Shown one piece after another: positions 48,250-61,989 of a DNA stretch of 64,000 bases (the first letter of the stretch is position 1; each line of letters starts with the position of its first letter). The notes beneath the pieces are model-generated. The model was not told the DNA's origin. It did not search any database and saw only the letters and a program-made list of their open reading frames with translations. The position numbers and the translations under genes are program-made. Source of the DNA: Octopus vulgaris (taxonomy: Eukaryota); the NCBI GenBank assembly GCA_951406725.2, contig OX597815.1, positions 119,226,001-119,290,000 on the forward strand. The letters run 5' to 3'.

Positions 48250-50100
48250 TGCCACCCAAATGACCCACTAATTCTAAGCTATAAAGGAGAGACACTACTT
48301 ATTATAATTTTATGGTTAAATCTACAGCCTTCTTCAGCAGAATCTTCCTCATGTTAGCTGAATTTTAATACAGCTTACGATTGTCTTTCAATATATCATA
48401 ACAAAGGTATCCTCCAAAGCCACAAAAGACAGAATCATCTGATAAACTTAAAAGAAAGATAACTGAGTTAAATTATTGAATTCCTTCTTGAGTGGCTGGT
48501 AGTGTTACATATATATATATACATACAAACACATACATATACATAATTACACACATGCACACATACATTTTTCAATTCTCCAAGTATTTGTTTCTGTTTA
48601 TTTTTATCTTTCGATAACATCAACGTATAAAGTATACTATCTCAATAACAATCTCTTTTACCTGCAAGCATTGGCAGTAGTTGTATTATTATTGATATAT
48701 CAAGACTAAGTTATCTGCCTCTAACATCTACTACTACTACTACTGCAACTATCACTGACAGTAAACTGTACTGTAGCTGATGTACCAACACTGACTTTTC
48801 AGCTTGTAACTGCTTCTATTCTCCTGATAACCTGTTTTGTAGTTGGTATACCTCAACTATAGCCGCTATATTAACAGAGATCTACTGTATTTTATAGTTG
48901 GTGTATTATCAAGTAAATATCTTTACCTCTACTACCAGTATTAGTATTATAGTTAAAATACTGAGTCTTACCTACTAAACAATAGCTAGCATTTAAGATA
49001 CTACTATTTCTGATACTGTGGCTTATCTAGCTTCTAATACTTTACATTATATCTGAAAGTTTTGTAGCTTTTTAGAACATTTTACAATAACCTAGTGCAT
49101 AACTTTTTTCTCTCAAAAGAATTTGATATCTGTCATTGAACATAACTGTCTCTAATTATATTCCAGAAGTCTAGAATTCTGATTTTTTTTTTGTCCCATT
49201 TTAAGTTTCTCTGCAATATGAACAATATGGAATATGTTATCATTTTCTTCATTTAGATTTTTCTTTTTTGGTAAATTAACATCTAGAGGCAAAACTTATT
49301 GGTAATGTTTAAGTATATCACTTGCTTAGCACCAAGTTTAGTATTAAACTAATTTACACATGCAGATACCAATTTACACACACAGTTACTAATTTTATTA
49401 TAGTATCATAGATACTACTTTACATAGAACATGCTTGAATTGTGAAATCCTAGCATGTTACCATCTGAGTACTGAAATATGAAAAGTTTTAAAAAACTAA
49501 CTTTTCTGTACTATAGATGCTCCTATGGTGCTTTTCAAACTGTTCTCTAACTATGCTTTACTATGTAAATTAAGTTTTTACTATGATGCAATACTTTGGA
49601 AATGCCTGTCCTTAAAGCAGGTTTTTGTACAAGAAATCTTTAAAAGTCCTAATGAGAGTTTTCAATCAGCTGTAAAAAAAGATCTGTTGAAAGCTAATAG
49701 TATTTATTGCATAAAGTTGTTTAACTTTTCCATTAACTTAAGTTATTGGGTTCTAAAAGGAAAATTATGAGGCTTATTTACAATACCTTGAAGTTACAAA
49801 TTATTTATTATGTTGTTATCTTGATGTGTAAATAAATAGATCTGGATATGAAGCAAAATGAAATTATAATTAAATTAGCACTTTAACTTATAGACCAATC
49901 TTTGTAAACAGTTATAACATCAACTAAAAAAATCCTTGGAGAGGTGAATTTGAAACCAGAGGCCTACCTTTCCAGCCTCATAATTAAAATAACTTCTTAT
50001 ACTATTCTTTTAATCTAATTTTTAAAAGCAAAAGAAGACCTTGTTCATTTCCTGTTGAGATAAATATCCTGAATTTCAACTCAAAGTGATTATCTTGCCA
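48250..50100 (-). mobile_element. Possible highly degraded CR1/L2-type LINE
   Basis: The minus strand at ~48810-48850 reads KQVIRRIEAV (cf. I..IE.VQR of CR1-group C-termini); boundaries uncertain. Confidence 0.3.
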
Positions 50101-50553
50101 TAGCATGTAGTATACTATATTACATACTATCATTACTTTTAGGTAATAGTTATACTTGTTCTTTGCAAGCATTGAGTGCACATAAGGTGTTGCTGAAACA
50201 GGGATTCCAAACTTTCAGTTATTCAATTGTATCATTTGCCCTGGAATATTCAACAGTGAATGCTATGAAGAAATGGAATGGTCTGCTCTGATGCTTAATT
50301 GTGGAGTTGGTGTGTTTGGTTACTTAGTTCTGAGGTTTGAACTAGTATCAGTCTGGTACTTTTGGTACAAAGTAGTTGTAAAAATCTTAGAAGAGTCTAT
50401 ATCCAGCAAAAGTTTCTTTATTTATTTAAAACATTGATTCTCCACCATTTTTCACCTATGGACTCCTTTGATTCCTGTTTTATTTCACTGGACTTCCTTA
50501 GTCATTCACTGTATGTAAAAAAAAAAAAATCATGCTGTATCTTTATAATTAAA

Positions 50554-51192
50554 CTAGCAGTATCGCCCGGCGTTGCTCGGGTTTGTAAGGGAAATAACTA
50601 TATAAGCATTTTTAGAGAGTTATAGCCAAAAAATAGCAAAAAATGCATTAAAAATGGAAAAAATATGATGGTAAATTTTTTTTTAAATCGTTGACTCATC
50701 GTAGACATTTTTAGAGAGTTACTTCCCTTATATAATAGCGAAAAAATGCATTAAAATGGAAAAAAAACGATGGTAAATTTTTTTTTCAATCGTAGACTCA
50801 TGTAGACGCTTTCTTAGCCATTTCTGTTTTGGTGTCTTCAAGCCATGAAGTCGTTGTTCTAAAAGAACACTGGTCTCCTTGACAACGCATTACGACGTTG
50901 ATTTCCTTACACTCCCTTCCCCACAGGTGCAGGTGTGAGCGTCGACGCCAACTCCGCCGCCATCGACACACGAAAAATTATGCATTAAAATGGAATAAAA
51001 AATGATGTTAAATTATTTTTAAAATCGTAGACTCATCGTAGACGCGCGCTAATATTCAGACGGGCTCGATATGAATCACGACTATAAGCTACCCGAATTT
51101 GGTTAAACTGTACCGCAAAATGTGGGAGTAGTTAGGAATCTAAATCGAAGGGGACAGACACTCACACAACTACAGTTTTATATATATATAGA
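50554..51192 (-). mobile_element. Non-autonomous Helitron
   Basis: Minus strand: A|TCTATATATATAAAA 5' end; CCCGAGCAACGCCGGG hairpin then CTAG|T 3' end; three internal direct repeats of AAATGCATTAAAATGG...ATCGTAGACTCATCGTAGAC. Confidence 0.85.
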
Positions 51193-51327
51193 TATACATA
51201 GCGCAGTAGTGGTGAGATATGACAGCAAAGAAAAGCATACATTCACTCTCTGCATGCAATTAGACTCGGAAAGTTCGTGAGGAACCCATTGACCCAATTT
51301 GCTGACTTTTCCGATAGCACACAGGTG

Positions 51328-51565
51328 TCAATGAATGGTTGAATGACCAAATCCAAGCTTCTCTGCTAGTTCCTCAACAGTTACGATGATATTTTGTTCC
51401 ACCAGGGTTTTCAGGATGTCCTTGTCGAGTTCTACAGATCTTTCAGGATGAGGCTCGTCTTCTAGGCTGTAGTTTATGGCTCGGGATTTCTGGAACCACC
51501 ATTGACACTGCCTTACGCTTATTGTCCAATCCCCATATACTGCATTAATATTTCTTGTACTTTGC
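51328..51565 (-). mobile_element. mariner transposase N-terminal fragment
   Basis: RNINAVYGD.TISVRQCQWWFQK.R..NYSLEDEPHPERS...TVEELAEKLGFGHSTIH (mariner HTH domains). Confidence 0.85.
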
Positions 51566-51890
51566 ACACATTTATATTCTGTTATTCTTTTATATGTTTC
51601 AGCCTTGAGGTTGTGGCCATGCTGGATCATGTGTGTGTGTGTGTGTGTGTCTATCTGTCTGTCTGTCTGTATGTATATATGTATATGTATGTGTGTGAAC
51701 AATAATATTTTCAACAGATGTGTTGCAAATGTATCTGATTGTTCTCAAGCTTCAATACTGTGTGTGTGTGTATGTGTGTGTGTGTGTATGTATGTATGTA
51801 TATGTATGTATGTATGTATATGTATGTATGTATATGTATGTATGTATGTGTGTATGTATGTATGTGTGTGTGTATGTATGTGTGTGTGTA

Positions 51891-51921
<31 letters not shown>

Positions 51922-51949
51922 ATGTATGAGTGTATGTTTACTTTATTAC

Positions 51950-52352
51950 TAATTACTCTCTTCCAAGAACATTTTCACTCACTCTTAGCTCTTAGCTTCC
52001 CATACATTTTACTCATGTATCTATCAGCGTCATAGACAGAATACTTTCACTTTAGTCTTCCTCAAATCACTCTGTCGCTATTTACTTTCATTTTATTCGT
52101 TGCCCACTGTGTGTGTGCATTTGCGTGTGGTGTAAACCAGACTAAGAAAAGCATTTGACACACACACCAGAATGTGAGTTTTCTGTAAATTTTGCTTAAT
52201 TGGAGTTTAAATTTTAAAAACTGGACCTGGCATGACGCGATGCATTGTACTCTTAAAAATGCCAGGTAAATTGTAATTGAAGAAATCCTATATTGTAGAT
52301 TTGTATAACTCCCAAAGGGAGGCAGATAAAATCTGCCTTTTATAATAAGAGA
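51950..52352 (-). mobile_element. Helitron 5' segment
   Basis: Minus strand A|TCTCTTATTATAAAAGGCAGATTTTATCTGCC start; its 3' partner is not identified. Confidence 0.5.
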
Positions 52353-53997
52353 TATAATTAAATATTATTGGGAATTGTATAAAAAGACAAAGTAGTTTGT
52401 GCATTGTAGAAGTATAACCAATTTATTGCAGACTAGCAATGCATCCCGTCGTTGCCCAGGTGTTATGACCTACAGCTACATTGTCTTATTTGTTCCTTTC
52501 TTATGGGCAGAATCGGCACAGCTGATATATAGTGAACTGGATTACTGATGTAATGGAAGTTATTGTTTGTTTAAAAGTGAAGGTGGGATAGGTTTACATG
52601 AAAGTGCTTTCTGTTCTTAAGAAGGATCACAAACTATAAATTTGTTTCATCATATAAAAGGAGGTTAATATGATTTTGCCCAGAAATCACATTTTCATAA
52701 TTTTGATTTTCTCCCATCTCCACCACAATTTCTTGATTTGTGACTTTTTTCGAATTTTTTATTATCCACATAGAACAATATTACGAATCTGGGAAATATA
52801 TGTATTTTTTAAAGGTTAATTTTTCTTCAAGAAACTCTCAATGCTCCTTCCCCCACCTTGCCAACACACTTCCAAAAAGCTAAAACTTCTTAATGTTGCA
52901 GTTTCATCTGATGTTTCATGCCTGCATAGAATTATACTGAAATAGTAGACATAAAAAAATACCTGACTATCACCAGAAAACCAGCATGCTAGAAATAACA
53001 GGTAAACAACATCATTTCTGAAGAAACTTACCCACTTTCCAAAAAGTTAGAAGTGATACATTGGGAGTTTGTAGCTTTTTGAGTGAGGTGATGGGTAGAT
53101 GTTTGGGAAAGAGATTTTAGTGTTTCTTTAAGAAAAAAGAAGAAAATTCTTAAAGATTTGTACCGTCTGTTTTTTTCTCCATGGATTACCAAGAAAAAAT
53201 TTGGAAAAAAGCAAAAATGAAGAAATTGGATTGGGGAGGGAGAAAATTAAAAAATTGTGAACGTGTTTTGGGGGGCAAAATCCTAATCTCCTGTATCAAA
53301 AGCATAGGAATCGGAAAAAAATTTAGGAAAAAAAATAAGGTAAAGGACAAGATTTCTGGGAAAACTTCCTTTTAAGTTTATATCAAAGTTTTTAAATACG
53401 CTCATCACAAACAGAAATTACAGAATACATAAAGGTCATTTCAATAGGACTTGAGCTGTTATTTTGTGCATGCACACAGTAAGAAATAACATAATTCATA
53501 CAGAAGCTTTACCTAGAGTGTGCATGTGCCAAAGGAAGTTATGTTATGCATTCTTTCGTTTGAAGTAGCAAAGTTGTCAACTCAATCATATGGTCGATCA
53601 TTTGGATCATATTATTGTTTGTTAATATCCCTAAAATTTTTTTATTTCTTTATGCTTTGAAGAGAGCAGAAATTGAAAGAGAGAAGAAAGTGAAAAGGCG
53701 ACATTTGATTTGAAGTGAGAGCAGAAAGTGAAAGATGTATGTACGTGTATTTGAAATGGATGTGTGTGTATATGAGTGCATGAGAGAGAGAGAGTGAGTC
53801 AGTCAGTGGGTGAAGGTGTGTGTTGTGTATGCATTTTTTGCATGTATGTGTAAGTGGCACTCTCTCTCACACACACACACATTATCTTTCATATACATGT
53901 ACGTAAATACATATGCATACATCTTTTTTGTATATATGTGTACATGTGCGTGTGCATGTGAGAGAGAGATTCTTCATAACATAGAGAAATGGATGTT

Positions 53998-56185
53998 ATC
54001 ATCATCATTTAACATCTGCCTTCCATGCTGGCATGTGTGGGATGGTTTGACAAGAGCTGGCCAGGCAGAGGTCTGCACCAGACTTCTGCAAGTGCTTTGA
54101 CAGCTGGATGCCCTTCCGAACACCAACCACTCTATAGTGTGGACTGTGTTCTTTTAAGTGACACCTGCACTGACAGGGACAGCAAGACAAAAAAAAATCT
54201 CTTTTGAGATGGGAGGGGCCATTGGAGGAGGTGCTCTTGTGTCGGATGATGAAAGGTTATAGTGAGACACAGACAGGTGTCTTGCTGTAGAGAGAGAGAG
54301 AGATCAGGAATGAAGACAGAAACAGGTGTGCTACTGCAAAGGAAATACTTAGTTATCCAACCTGAGAGAAGTGTAGGAGAAGGAGAGAGAGAGAGAGGGA
54401 GACAGCAGGATAGAGATGGTGGGAAAGTGCCGGGCATACTCAAAAGGGACGGGGATCCGAATATAAATGGGATGGTTGAGTAAAGGAAGAGAGAGATATA
54501 CATGGTGACAGGTGCCAGGGCATACCCTAGAGGTTCAATCTCCATAATATAAATGGCAAGACATTGTGAAGGAAGCGTGATTAAAGAGTGTGGAGGGGGA
54601 GTGAGTGGTGAAAACCCGGGGTATATTTAGAGTCAGTATATTTAGATAGCAAAGATACAGAGGAACAGGGCTGTAAGGACAGGATTGGAGAGTGAGGGCT
54701 AGGTATAGAAGGAGGAAATGTGAGGAAGAGAAAAGGTGTAGATTGGTTTATTGGGTGAAGGATGTGTGAAACATTTTCTTGTTATGTGTGGGTGGAACAC
54801 ACAGATCAAGGACTAGCAGAGAGCAATGATACAGTAAGACATGGTGTGGGTGGTACACAGGCTGGAAGCCAGCGGAGAGCAATGATACAGTGGCACAGGG
54901 CCAAGGGGACAGGATTGGGGAGTGGGAGGTAAGCCTAATGCATGAAGTAGAAATGTGACAAGAGAAGAGATGTAGTTTGGTTTGTTGTGGTAGAGTGCGT
55001 GAGAAGTTTTCTTGTTAAGTGTAGGTGGGACACACAGCGCTTCTAGAACTCAATTTCGCTGACGTGGTTGAGAACTTCATATCGCCAGACATGTGAATTT
55101 ATTGTCATTTCCTCTGTGAGGCCCAACTAAGATCAGTCCTTACCACTTCATCCCATGTCTTCCTAGATCTCCCACTTCCTTGGGTACTGTCCACTTTCAG
55201 TGATTGGCACTTCTTTATGCAGCTATCCTCATTCATACACATTACATGTCCAAAGCAATGTAGGCTTCTCTCTTGCATGCTACATCTAATTCCTCTTATG
55301 CTGAACTTTTATCTCAATAAATTTGCACTTTACCTTACATGTGCACTGATGTTGCACATCCAACAGAGCATACTACCTTCATTTCTCTCCGGTCTATGCT
55401 TGTCTTCTGCATTCAGAGCCCATGTCTCACTACCATGGAGTATAGCCATTTGCATACAAGTATCATATAGTCTACCTTTTACACTCTGAGAAGGAGTCCT
55501 TTTGTTGCCAACAGAGGTAATAACTCTCTGAACTTCCTCCACCCAATTCTTATTCTGGAAACAATACTTTCAGAACATCCTCAACCATTGCTAATTTGGT
55601 TGCCTAGGTAACAGAAACTATCTACAACCTTAAGAGAGCCTCCTGGGCATTTGAGAGAAACTAAGTCCTGTTTGCTCTTAGCGCTTATTGTTCCTGCACA
55701 TCTGCCATACACAAAGATGACTTTATCTATCAATCTACCTGTGATTCCACTTGTGTCTATCCTACATATTGAGCAGGGCCATTTATTTGACGGAAAGGGA
55801 GTATTATCTTCTTTCTTACTAACAACTGTGGTCTTTGCTAGGTTAACTTTAAGGCCCTTTGATTCCAGGTTTTGTTTCCATACCTGGAATTTCTTCTCCA
55901 ATTCTGCTAAAGATTCTGCAATAAGAACAAGGTCATCAGCATATAGCAGTTCCCAAGAGCACCCAGTTTAGAATTCCTTTGTTATGGCCTGAAGGACTAT
56001 AATAAATAGAGTGAGCTGAGAACCCAGCCCTGGTGAACCCCTATTTGTACACTAAATTCATCACTGTATTCATGGCCGACCCTCACCTTACTGGCAGCAC
56101 CACTGTAATTGTTTGTACAGCTCTAACAAGCAACTCCTCTACTCCTAACTTTTTTAGAGACCACCATACAACAGAGCGAGGAACT
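53998..56185 (-). mobile_element. 5'-truncated RTE LINE with ~1.1-kb 3' UTR and (GAT)n tail
   Basis: WELLYADDLVL, WKQNLESKGLKVNLAKT, WPCSIC, VVDSFCYLG, KGRLYD...LHGSETW; tail at 53998-54200. Confidence 0.88.
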
Positions 56186-56435
56186 GTTGAAAGCTGAAAT
56201 TGTTTTGGTTGTGGCTTATTTTAATACAATATTTATGTGTACGTTTTCATAAATGTTTGTCTGAGTAGAATTCTACACATGTGTAAAACATTGGACAAAA
56301 GTGAAACATGAGAAACAAATAAAAAAAATTGCCTGAAAATTACCTCAAAATTGTGCAACCCCACCTTGTTTCTGGGGTTATTTTAGTAGTAAAAAAGAGT
56401 TGTATCAAATTATAGTTTATTTGGTAGCTTTTATA

Positions 56436-57063
56436 TTGGGTCATCCCATAAATAACGTGGTTTTTTCACACTTCTTTTATTTTTCAAAATCAAGATAAAC
56501 AAAGTTCTTTTTTAATCTAAAATATACACTCCATTTTCTTCTATCTGGCAAACTTGCAAGCCCCTCTTCCAAAATTCACTTGTCTGTGACGAAAAATACT
56601 TCTCCACTACTGACTGTTCTGACCTCGTCTTCAGAATTCGTGTTTTTTCTATCCAAATGATTTTGAAGACTGCAGAATAAATGATAATCAGATGGGACAA
56701 TGTCTGGCGAATATGGTGTGTGGGGCATCATTTCCCATTCAAACTGCTCCAGCCTTTGGAATGTCATCTTTGCTGTATGTGGTTGAGCATTATCCTGATG
56801 AAAGAACACCTTTCATCTTGAAACCAAATATGGTTGTTTTTCTTCTAGCACTGACTTTAATGACTTGCCATAAAGCAAAATATGATAAATATGCCTTTTT
56901 GTCACTTCCATTATAACTTTGAAAAAATAACTGTTAAAATTGAACTGTATCCTTCAAAACTTGTCCTAAGAATAAGGGCAGAGTAAAATTAGTTTATCCT
57001 GTTCCCCTCCAACTTTTAGTTCATGTAACTGAAAAAAACCACATTACTGATAGGATGACCCAA
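56436..57063 (-). mobile_element. Internally deleted mariner (DD34D) element
   Basis: TA|TTGGGTCATCC ... GGATGACCCAA|TA TIRs; FHQDNAQPH...HTPYSPDIVPSDYHLF. Confidence 0.92.
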
Positions 57064-57392
57064 TATATATAGATAGATGATAAGCAGTTTTCTTTATTAT
57101 AGTACAGATGTGACTAATTCAGAGAAACATTGCTTTCATTATTCAAACATCATCATTCTCATAATGTAACAGTTTGTAATTTTGGTTCAAATTGAAAGTG
57201 TGAAACTATTTTCACTTTCTAATGAAACCTGGTCATTGTTGATCAGTGTCTTTCAAATAACTAAAGCTGGTTGTTGAAATAACGTAGAAAATATGTAAAT
57301 GAAAATAAAGTTTATTTGGTAACTGGAAAATTACTGAATCCTTTGATACCCCATGCATCAAAATCGGCAACTCAGTTTTAGAATGCATAAAG

Positions 57393-57428
<36 letters not shown>

Positions 57429-57459
57429 CATGCACACACACATGCACATATACAAACTT

Positions 57460-57492
<33 letters not shown>

Positions 57493-58476
57493 GATAAATT
57501 TTAACAATAAAATCTAACATCGGCCCCCAATGACCATATGGATCTTGGCTGTAAACTACTGGTTGTGAACCATAGCTATAGCTGTCTGATTTATACCAAA
57601 CTTTGATGTTTTATGGCAATGAAATTTGAAAAGTAAAAGTGGTGGGCAAAAAGTAAGGAGTTAGAAAAACTGGATATGATTCATTGGAGTTATAGTGAAA
57701 ATCTGAGAGGCTAATTAACTGAATATATGATAAAAACATGACAATATGTCAGAAGTGTAGGCTACTATATGATTCTGTGATATCGCAGCCATGACCAATG
57801 CTAGTGTTGCATGTCCAGCCCATTTAAAAGTACCTTTGATGCATCGGATGATATGATATGCTTGAGACCTGTTGAGTCAAGTAAAACCAAAATCGTAGCT
57901 GTGGCCAATACCTCCTGACTGACTCTCATTCTGGTAGCACATAAAAAGCACCATCTGAACGTGGTCAATGCCAGTGTCCCCTGACTGGCTCCTGTGTCAG
58001 TGGCACGTAAAATGCACTATCCAAACATGGTCAATGCTAGTGCCCTCTGACTGGCTCCAATGACGGTGGCATGTAAAAAGCACCCACTACACTCTCAGAA
58101 TGGTTGGCATCAGGAAGAGCATCAAGCTGTAGAAACATTGCTAGATCAGACTGGAGCGTGGTGCAGCCGCTGGCTTTCCAGATCTTTGTCAAACCGTCCA
58201 ACCCATGCGAGCATGGAAAGTGAACATTAAACAATGACGATGATACTGATACTATGTAACAATCAGATCTTAGAAAGTTAGGTCTTTCAGAAATACTTGG
58301 GGCAAAAAATGTATGGTTCATGTGCAAAACCATTCAGTTGATTGGAGCATACAAAATCACCCACATTAATGATTGCCATCACAATGGCAGTTTGATGATG
58401 ACAAAGGTTGCAATGTTATTATTGTTGTTCTTCTTGTAGCTTTGGCTCCATTGTTTTACATTAATCAGTGTGTTGA

Positions 58477-58695
58477 CCCTTTAGTATTTAAACCGGCCAA
58501 ATCCGGCCAAAATATTTAATCTGTTTTATGTTCAAACTGACCAGATCCAGGCTCTCACACCTACCCTACAAAGTTATTCTACATTAGGTAATTACACCAT
58601 CAAGATCTTGTAGATATAAGATAATGCATGATTAATTCAAATCAATGTGAATCAATAAGCATTATATTTGATAGAATAATCAGAACATTAAAGGG
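58477..58695 (+). mobile_element. piggyBac-like MITE
   Basis: TTGA|CCCTTTAG ... TAAAGGG|TTAA. Confidence 0.8.
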
Positions 58696-58880
58696 TTAAG
58701 AGGAAATTTTCTGTCAGTTGTGGAATCAAAAAATTGGATCCAGGAAACGTCTTACCAATCCTAGTGAACTAAGATTGTAAAACAAACTTTATTTTGTGTG
58801 TTATTCTCTAAGTTTATATTGCTTCTAACAACAACAACAACAATAATAATAATAATAATCCTTTTTTCTTTATTTTACAG

Positions 58881-58937
58881 AAAACAGTCTGTCTTTGCTG
58901 CTACATCTTCCTGTATTCTTATCTTACAACCAACCAA
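58881..58937 (+). CDS. Candidate coding exon: KQSVFAATSSCILILQPT
   Basis: Strong polypyrimidine acceptor CTTTTTTCTTTATTTTACAG; donor AA|GTAATC; 57 nt, phase 2-2. Confidence 0.35.
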
Positions 58938-59002
58938 GTAATCATTCACTGACCAAACGTAGCTTGCAGTGTGCAGAAAACGAAACAAATAAATAAAACG
59001 TT

Positions 59003-59049
<47 letters not shown>

Positions 59050-59769
59050 AAGGAGAAAAATAAATGAGAGAGATAATGTGTTTTTTTTCTATTTTCTACT
59101 TTTTTTTTATTTTTTAATTTAGAAAGCAGAAAATTTCTTTGTAAATTTTAAGCTGTTTAGTTAAATGTCTACAGATATCAAATCTAAGTGCTTGACCTCA
59201 AGAAGAGAGGTTAAGATTTTTGGATAATGGTAACTTTTTGTTGTAGACAAGTCAAAAGGACAACACACTCGCGCACACACACACACACACATGTATATGT
59301 AAATTTCAATGCTTGTAGCTGTTTGTTTTCTATTGTAATAAATTACAAAGTGTACTGTGTATTTTTCCCCTCTTTGTTGTCTTTGTAAAAATATATCCAA
59401 ACATAGTTTAACTAATGGAAACCTTTTTGCTCAGTGAATTAATCATTTTGACCCAACTCATTATCATCATCAAGTTGAGGTTGATGTGAGCAACTTGGGT
59501 CATCTTGTTGATCTTTCTTTAGTGGAAACTAAAGCAGTAGCAGCTGATTGTTGCACTTTTCCTTGGAGATCTCCCTTGAATGAACACAATACTCATTTTC
59601 AGGGGAGTTAACTAGAGCAACAAGAACTGAAGTCTCTTGCTTAACAACACAATGTGTTGCCCAGTTCATGAATCAAGCCAACACTTCTATGGTTGTGATC
59701 ACAGCACTCTAACCATTGGGCCACAGTAGCTCACTGATAATTGTTCTATGTGTTTCTTTGATGCTTTAG

Positions 59770-59936
59770 GTTTCTTAACTCTTTCATCTTCAAAATCATC
59801 ACCACCTTTATAATAATATCACTGATGATAAAAATCATCATCACCCTCCTCCTCCTCCTCATCATCATCATCATCGTTGTTTTTGTTATGTCGGATGATG
59901 GTAGACTACAGCAGATAACAGTAAATAGCAGAACCA
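59770..59936 (+). CDS. Candidate coding exon: hydrophobic segment plus MSDDGRLQQITVNSRT
   Basis: Acceptor TTTCTTTGATGCTTTAG; strong donor CA|GTGAGT; only one frame is open, and it is the one predicted from the upstream exons. Confidence 0.4.
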
Positions 59937-60601
59937 GTGAGTTCTTTAATCTGTTTTATGTATATATGAAAAAAAGAAAAAAATTAAATTAAGCAATAGT
60001 CTCAAAGACCAGGAAGGTTACCAGACAAATAACAACTAGAAGGAGAATGTGAAAGTTGAAAGATTTTCTATCAAGTACTATTTCTAATTGTTACTAGACG
60101 ATGCTTGCTTAGATAAAGAATAGGCGGTAGAAGGAATAACAACTGCTTGTTCATATTGAAATATGCTGCTACAAACTACTGACCATTTCTGTACTTGGAA
60201 CAGAATCCCAATCAAGTAATAGATTTTAAGGGATTAAAGACATGTTTAATGAGAATGGAAAAAAAAAAACGAGTGAGAATGGAGTCGGTATCGTGAAGTT
60301 ATGTAGGAATCAAGATGGCAAGTTTACTTAGCTAGAAGAGGGTAAAAAATAGAGGAGGTTTGCTAATGTTCTGTGCTGTGAGGACACATGAAGTATTCTG
60401 AATTACTAACACCATGTTTATGAGAATCGGGCAGAGAGATATGTTTTAAATGACATTAGGATACAGGCTGTCAGGGGCAACAAAAGTTTAAAGGTTTAGC
60501 AATGCTTTGATGAGAGATTAATTCTGAAGGTAAATACACTGGGTTGCCAAAAGCCAGGTATAATTATCAGAGATGCCATTTTTAGGTTGCCATATGTTTA
60601 A

Positions 60602-60812
60602 CCCTTTAGCATTCAGATTTCTTTGTTTAATGTAATACTTATTTATTCACATTGTTTTGAATTAACCATACCTTATCTTGTAGCTTCAAGATTTCATTTT
60701 ATTGTTTGTATATTTTTAGAATGACATTTTAGGGTAGAGGTGAGAGTTTGGATCTGGTCAGTTTTAACATAAAATGGAGAATATTTTGGGCCAGATAAAA
60801 AAAAATTAAAGG
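60602..60812 (-). mobile_element. piggyBac-like MITE, opposite orientation
   Basis: TTAA|CCCTTTAGCATTCAG ... TAAAGG|TTAA; reverse complement of the 58477-58695 body. Confidence 0.75.
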
Positions 60813-61989
60813 TTAAATAGAAAATTATACACATGAATGCAGTGAAAGTTGGAGATCTGTCATGAGTAATTTTGAGGTTATTAAAAGAATCTGGATAAGT
60901 CATGAACCAGAGCTACATGAATTTCCTGTAAATTAAGCTTGCTCAGATTAGCATGAGATTGATCCTCCAACCATTTTTATCTTCCATGGCATGTGACAGT
61001 TCTTGGTGGCATCTGCTGATATCTGTTAAGTGATTGATGTACCAGGTACAACATATATATTCACTCATTATTCATTTTATCATACAATAAAAAATGTTTA
61101 AGGTCTTGATTAATGAAAGTTTACAAGATGATTCTTATATTTATTAACAATATATTACACATATATTTACAATTCAGAGTAACCATCTTTTCTTTCACCA
61201 TAGCCCTTAATCATCATTTTATAGTTTTATCACCTTGCAGTTCTTTATATCAGCTATTTTCAATGTTACAATTTGTTTGTATCTTGTTTGAGCCACTGTA
61301 AAAAGAATGTTAGAAAGCATACATTTGCAACTATTTTTGCAAATAAGAATGTTTTAATTTATGGTTGAAAAATGGGTGAATTCATCATCATCATCATAAT
61401 CATCGTCATCACCATCATCGTTTAACATCTGCTTGCCATACTGGCATGGGCTGGATGGTTTAACTGAGGACTGGCAAGCCAGGAGGCTGCACCAGCCTCC
61501 AATCTGATCTGACAAGATTTCTACAGCTGGATGCCCTTCCTAATACCAACCATTCTGAGAGTATAGTGAGTGCTTTTTTATGTGCCACAGGCATGGGGGC
61601 CAGTCAGGCAGTACTGGCATTGACCACACTTGAATGGTGCTTTTTACATGCTACCGGCATGGGAGCCAGCCAGGTGGCGCTAGCAATGACCATGCTCAAA
61701 TGGTGCTTTTTACGTGCCACAAGCATGGGACCAGTCAGGCTGCACTGTCATCGACCATGTTCATATGGTGCTTTTTACGTGCCACTGGCATGTTTAAATA
61801 ATAGATAAATCTATATGCCACACCCAATGTCTTCACAGAGCTACAAAGATGATTATGGCTATGCTGAGGTGCCCAAAGTTGGGTGTAAGCCTCACTAAAT
61901 AGTTGTTTCTTGCATTACCAACAGGGTACAGTAAATATGAATTCTTCATTCACTAAATGTGTCTGAAACTTTAGGAAGTTTATTCCATA

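Larger units (their letters stand above)
52433..57108 (-). mobile_element. Probable Helitron carrying nested RTE and mariner insertions
   Basis: 3' end CCTGGGCAACGACGGGATGCATTGCTAG|T at 52433; candidate 5' end A|TCTGTACTATAATAAAG at 57108. Confidence 0.5.

Noticed and set aside
51605-52035. Cys/Val/Met/Tyr-rich ORFs
   Set aside because: Translations of (TG)n/(TATG)n microsatellites; the same applies to many similar ORFs in the track.
60000-60560. Possible L2/CR1 RT remnant on the - strand
   Set aside because: Only faint motif resemblance; cannot be supported without a profile search.
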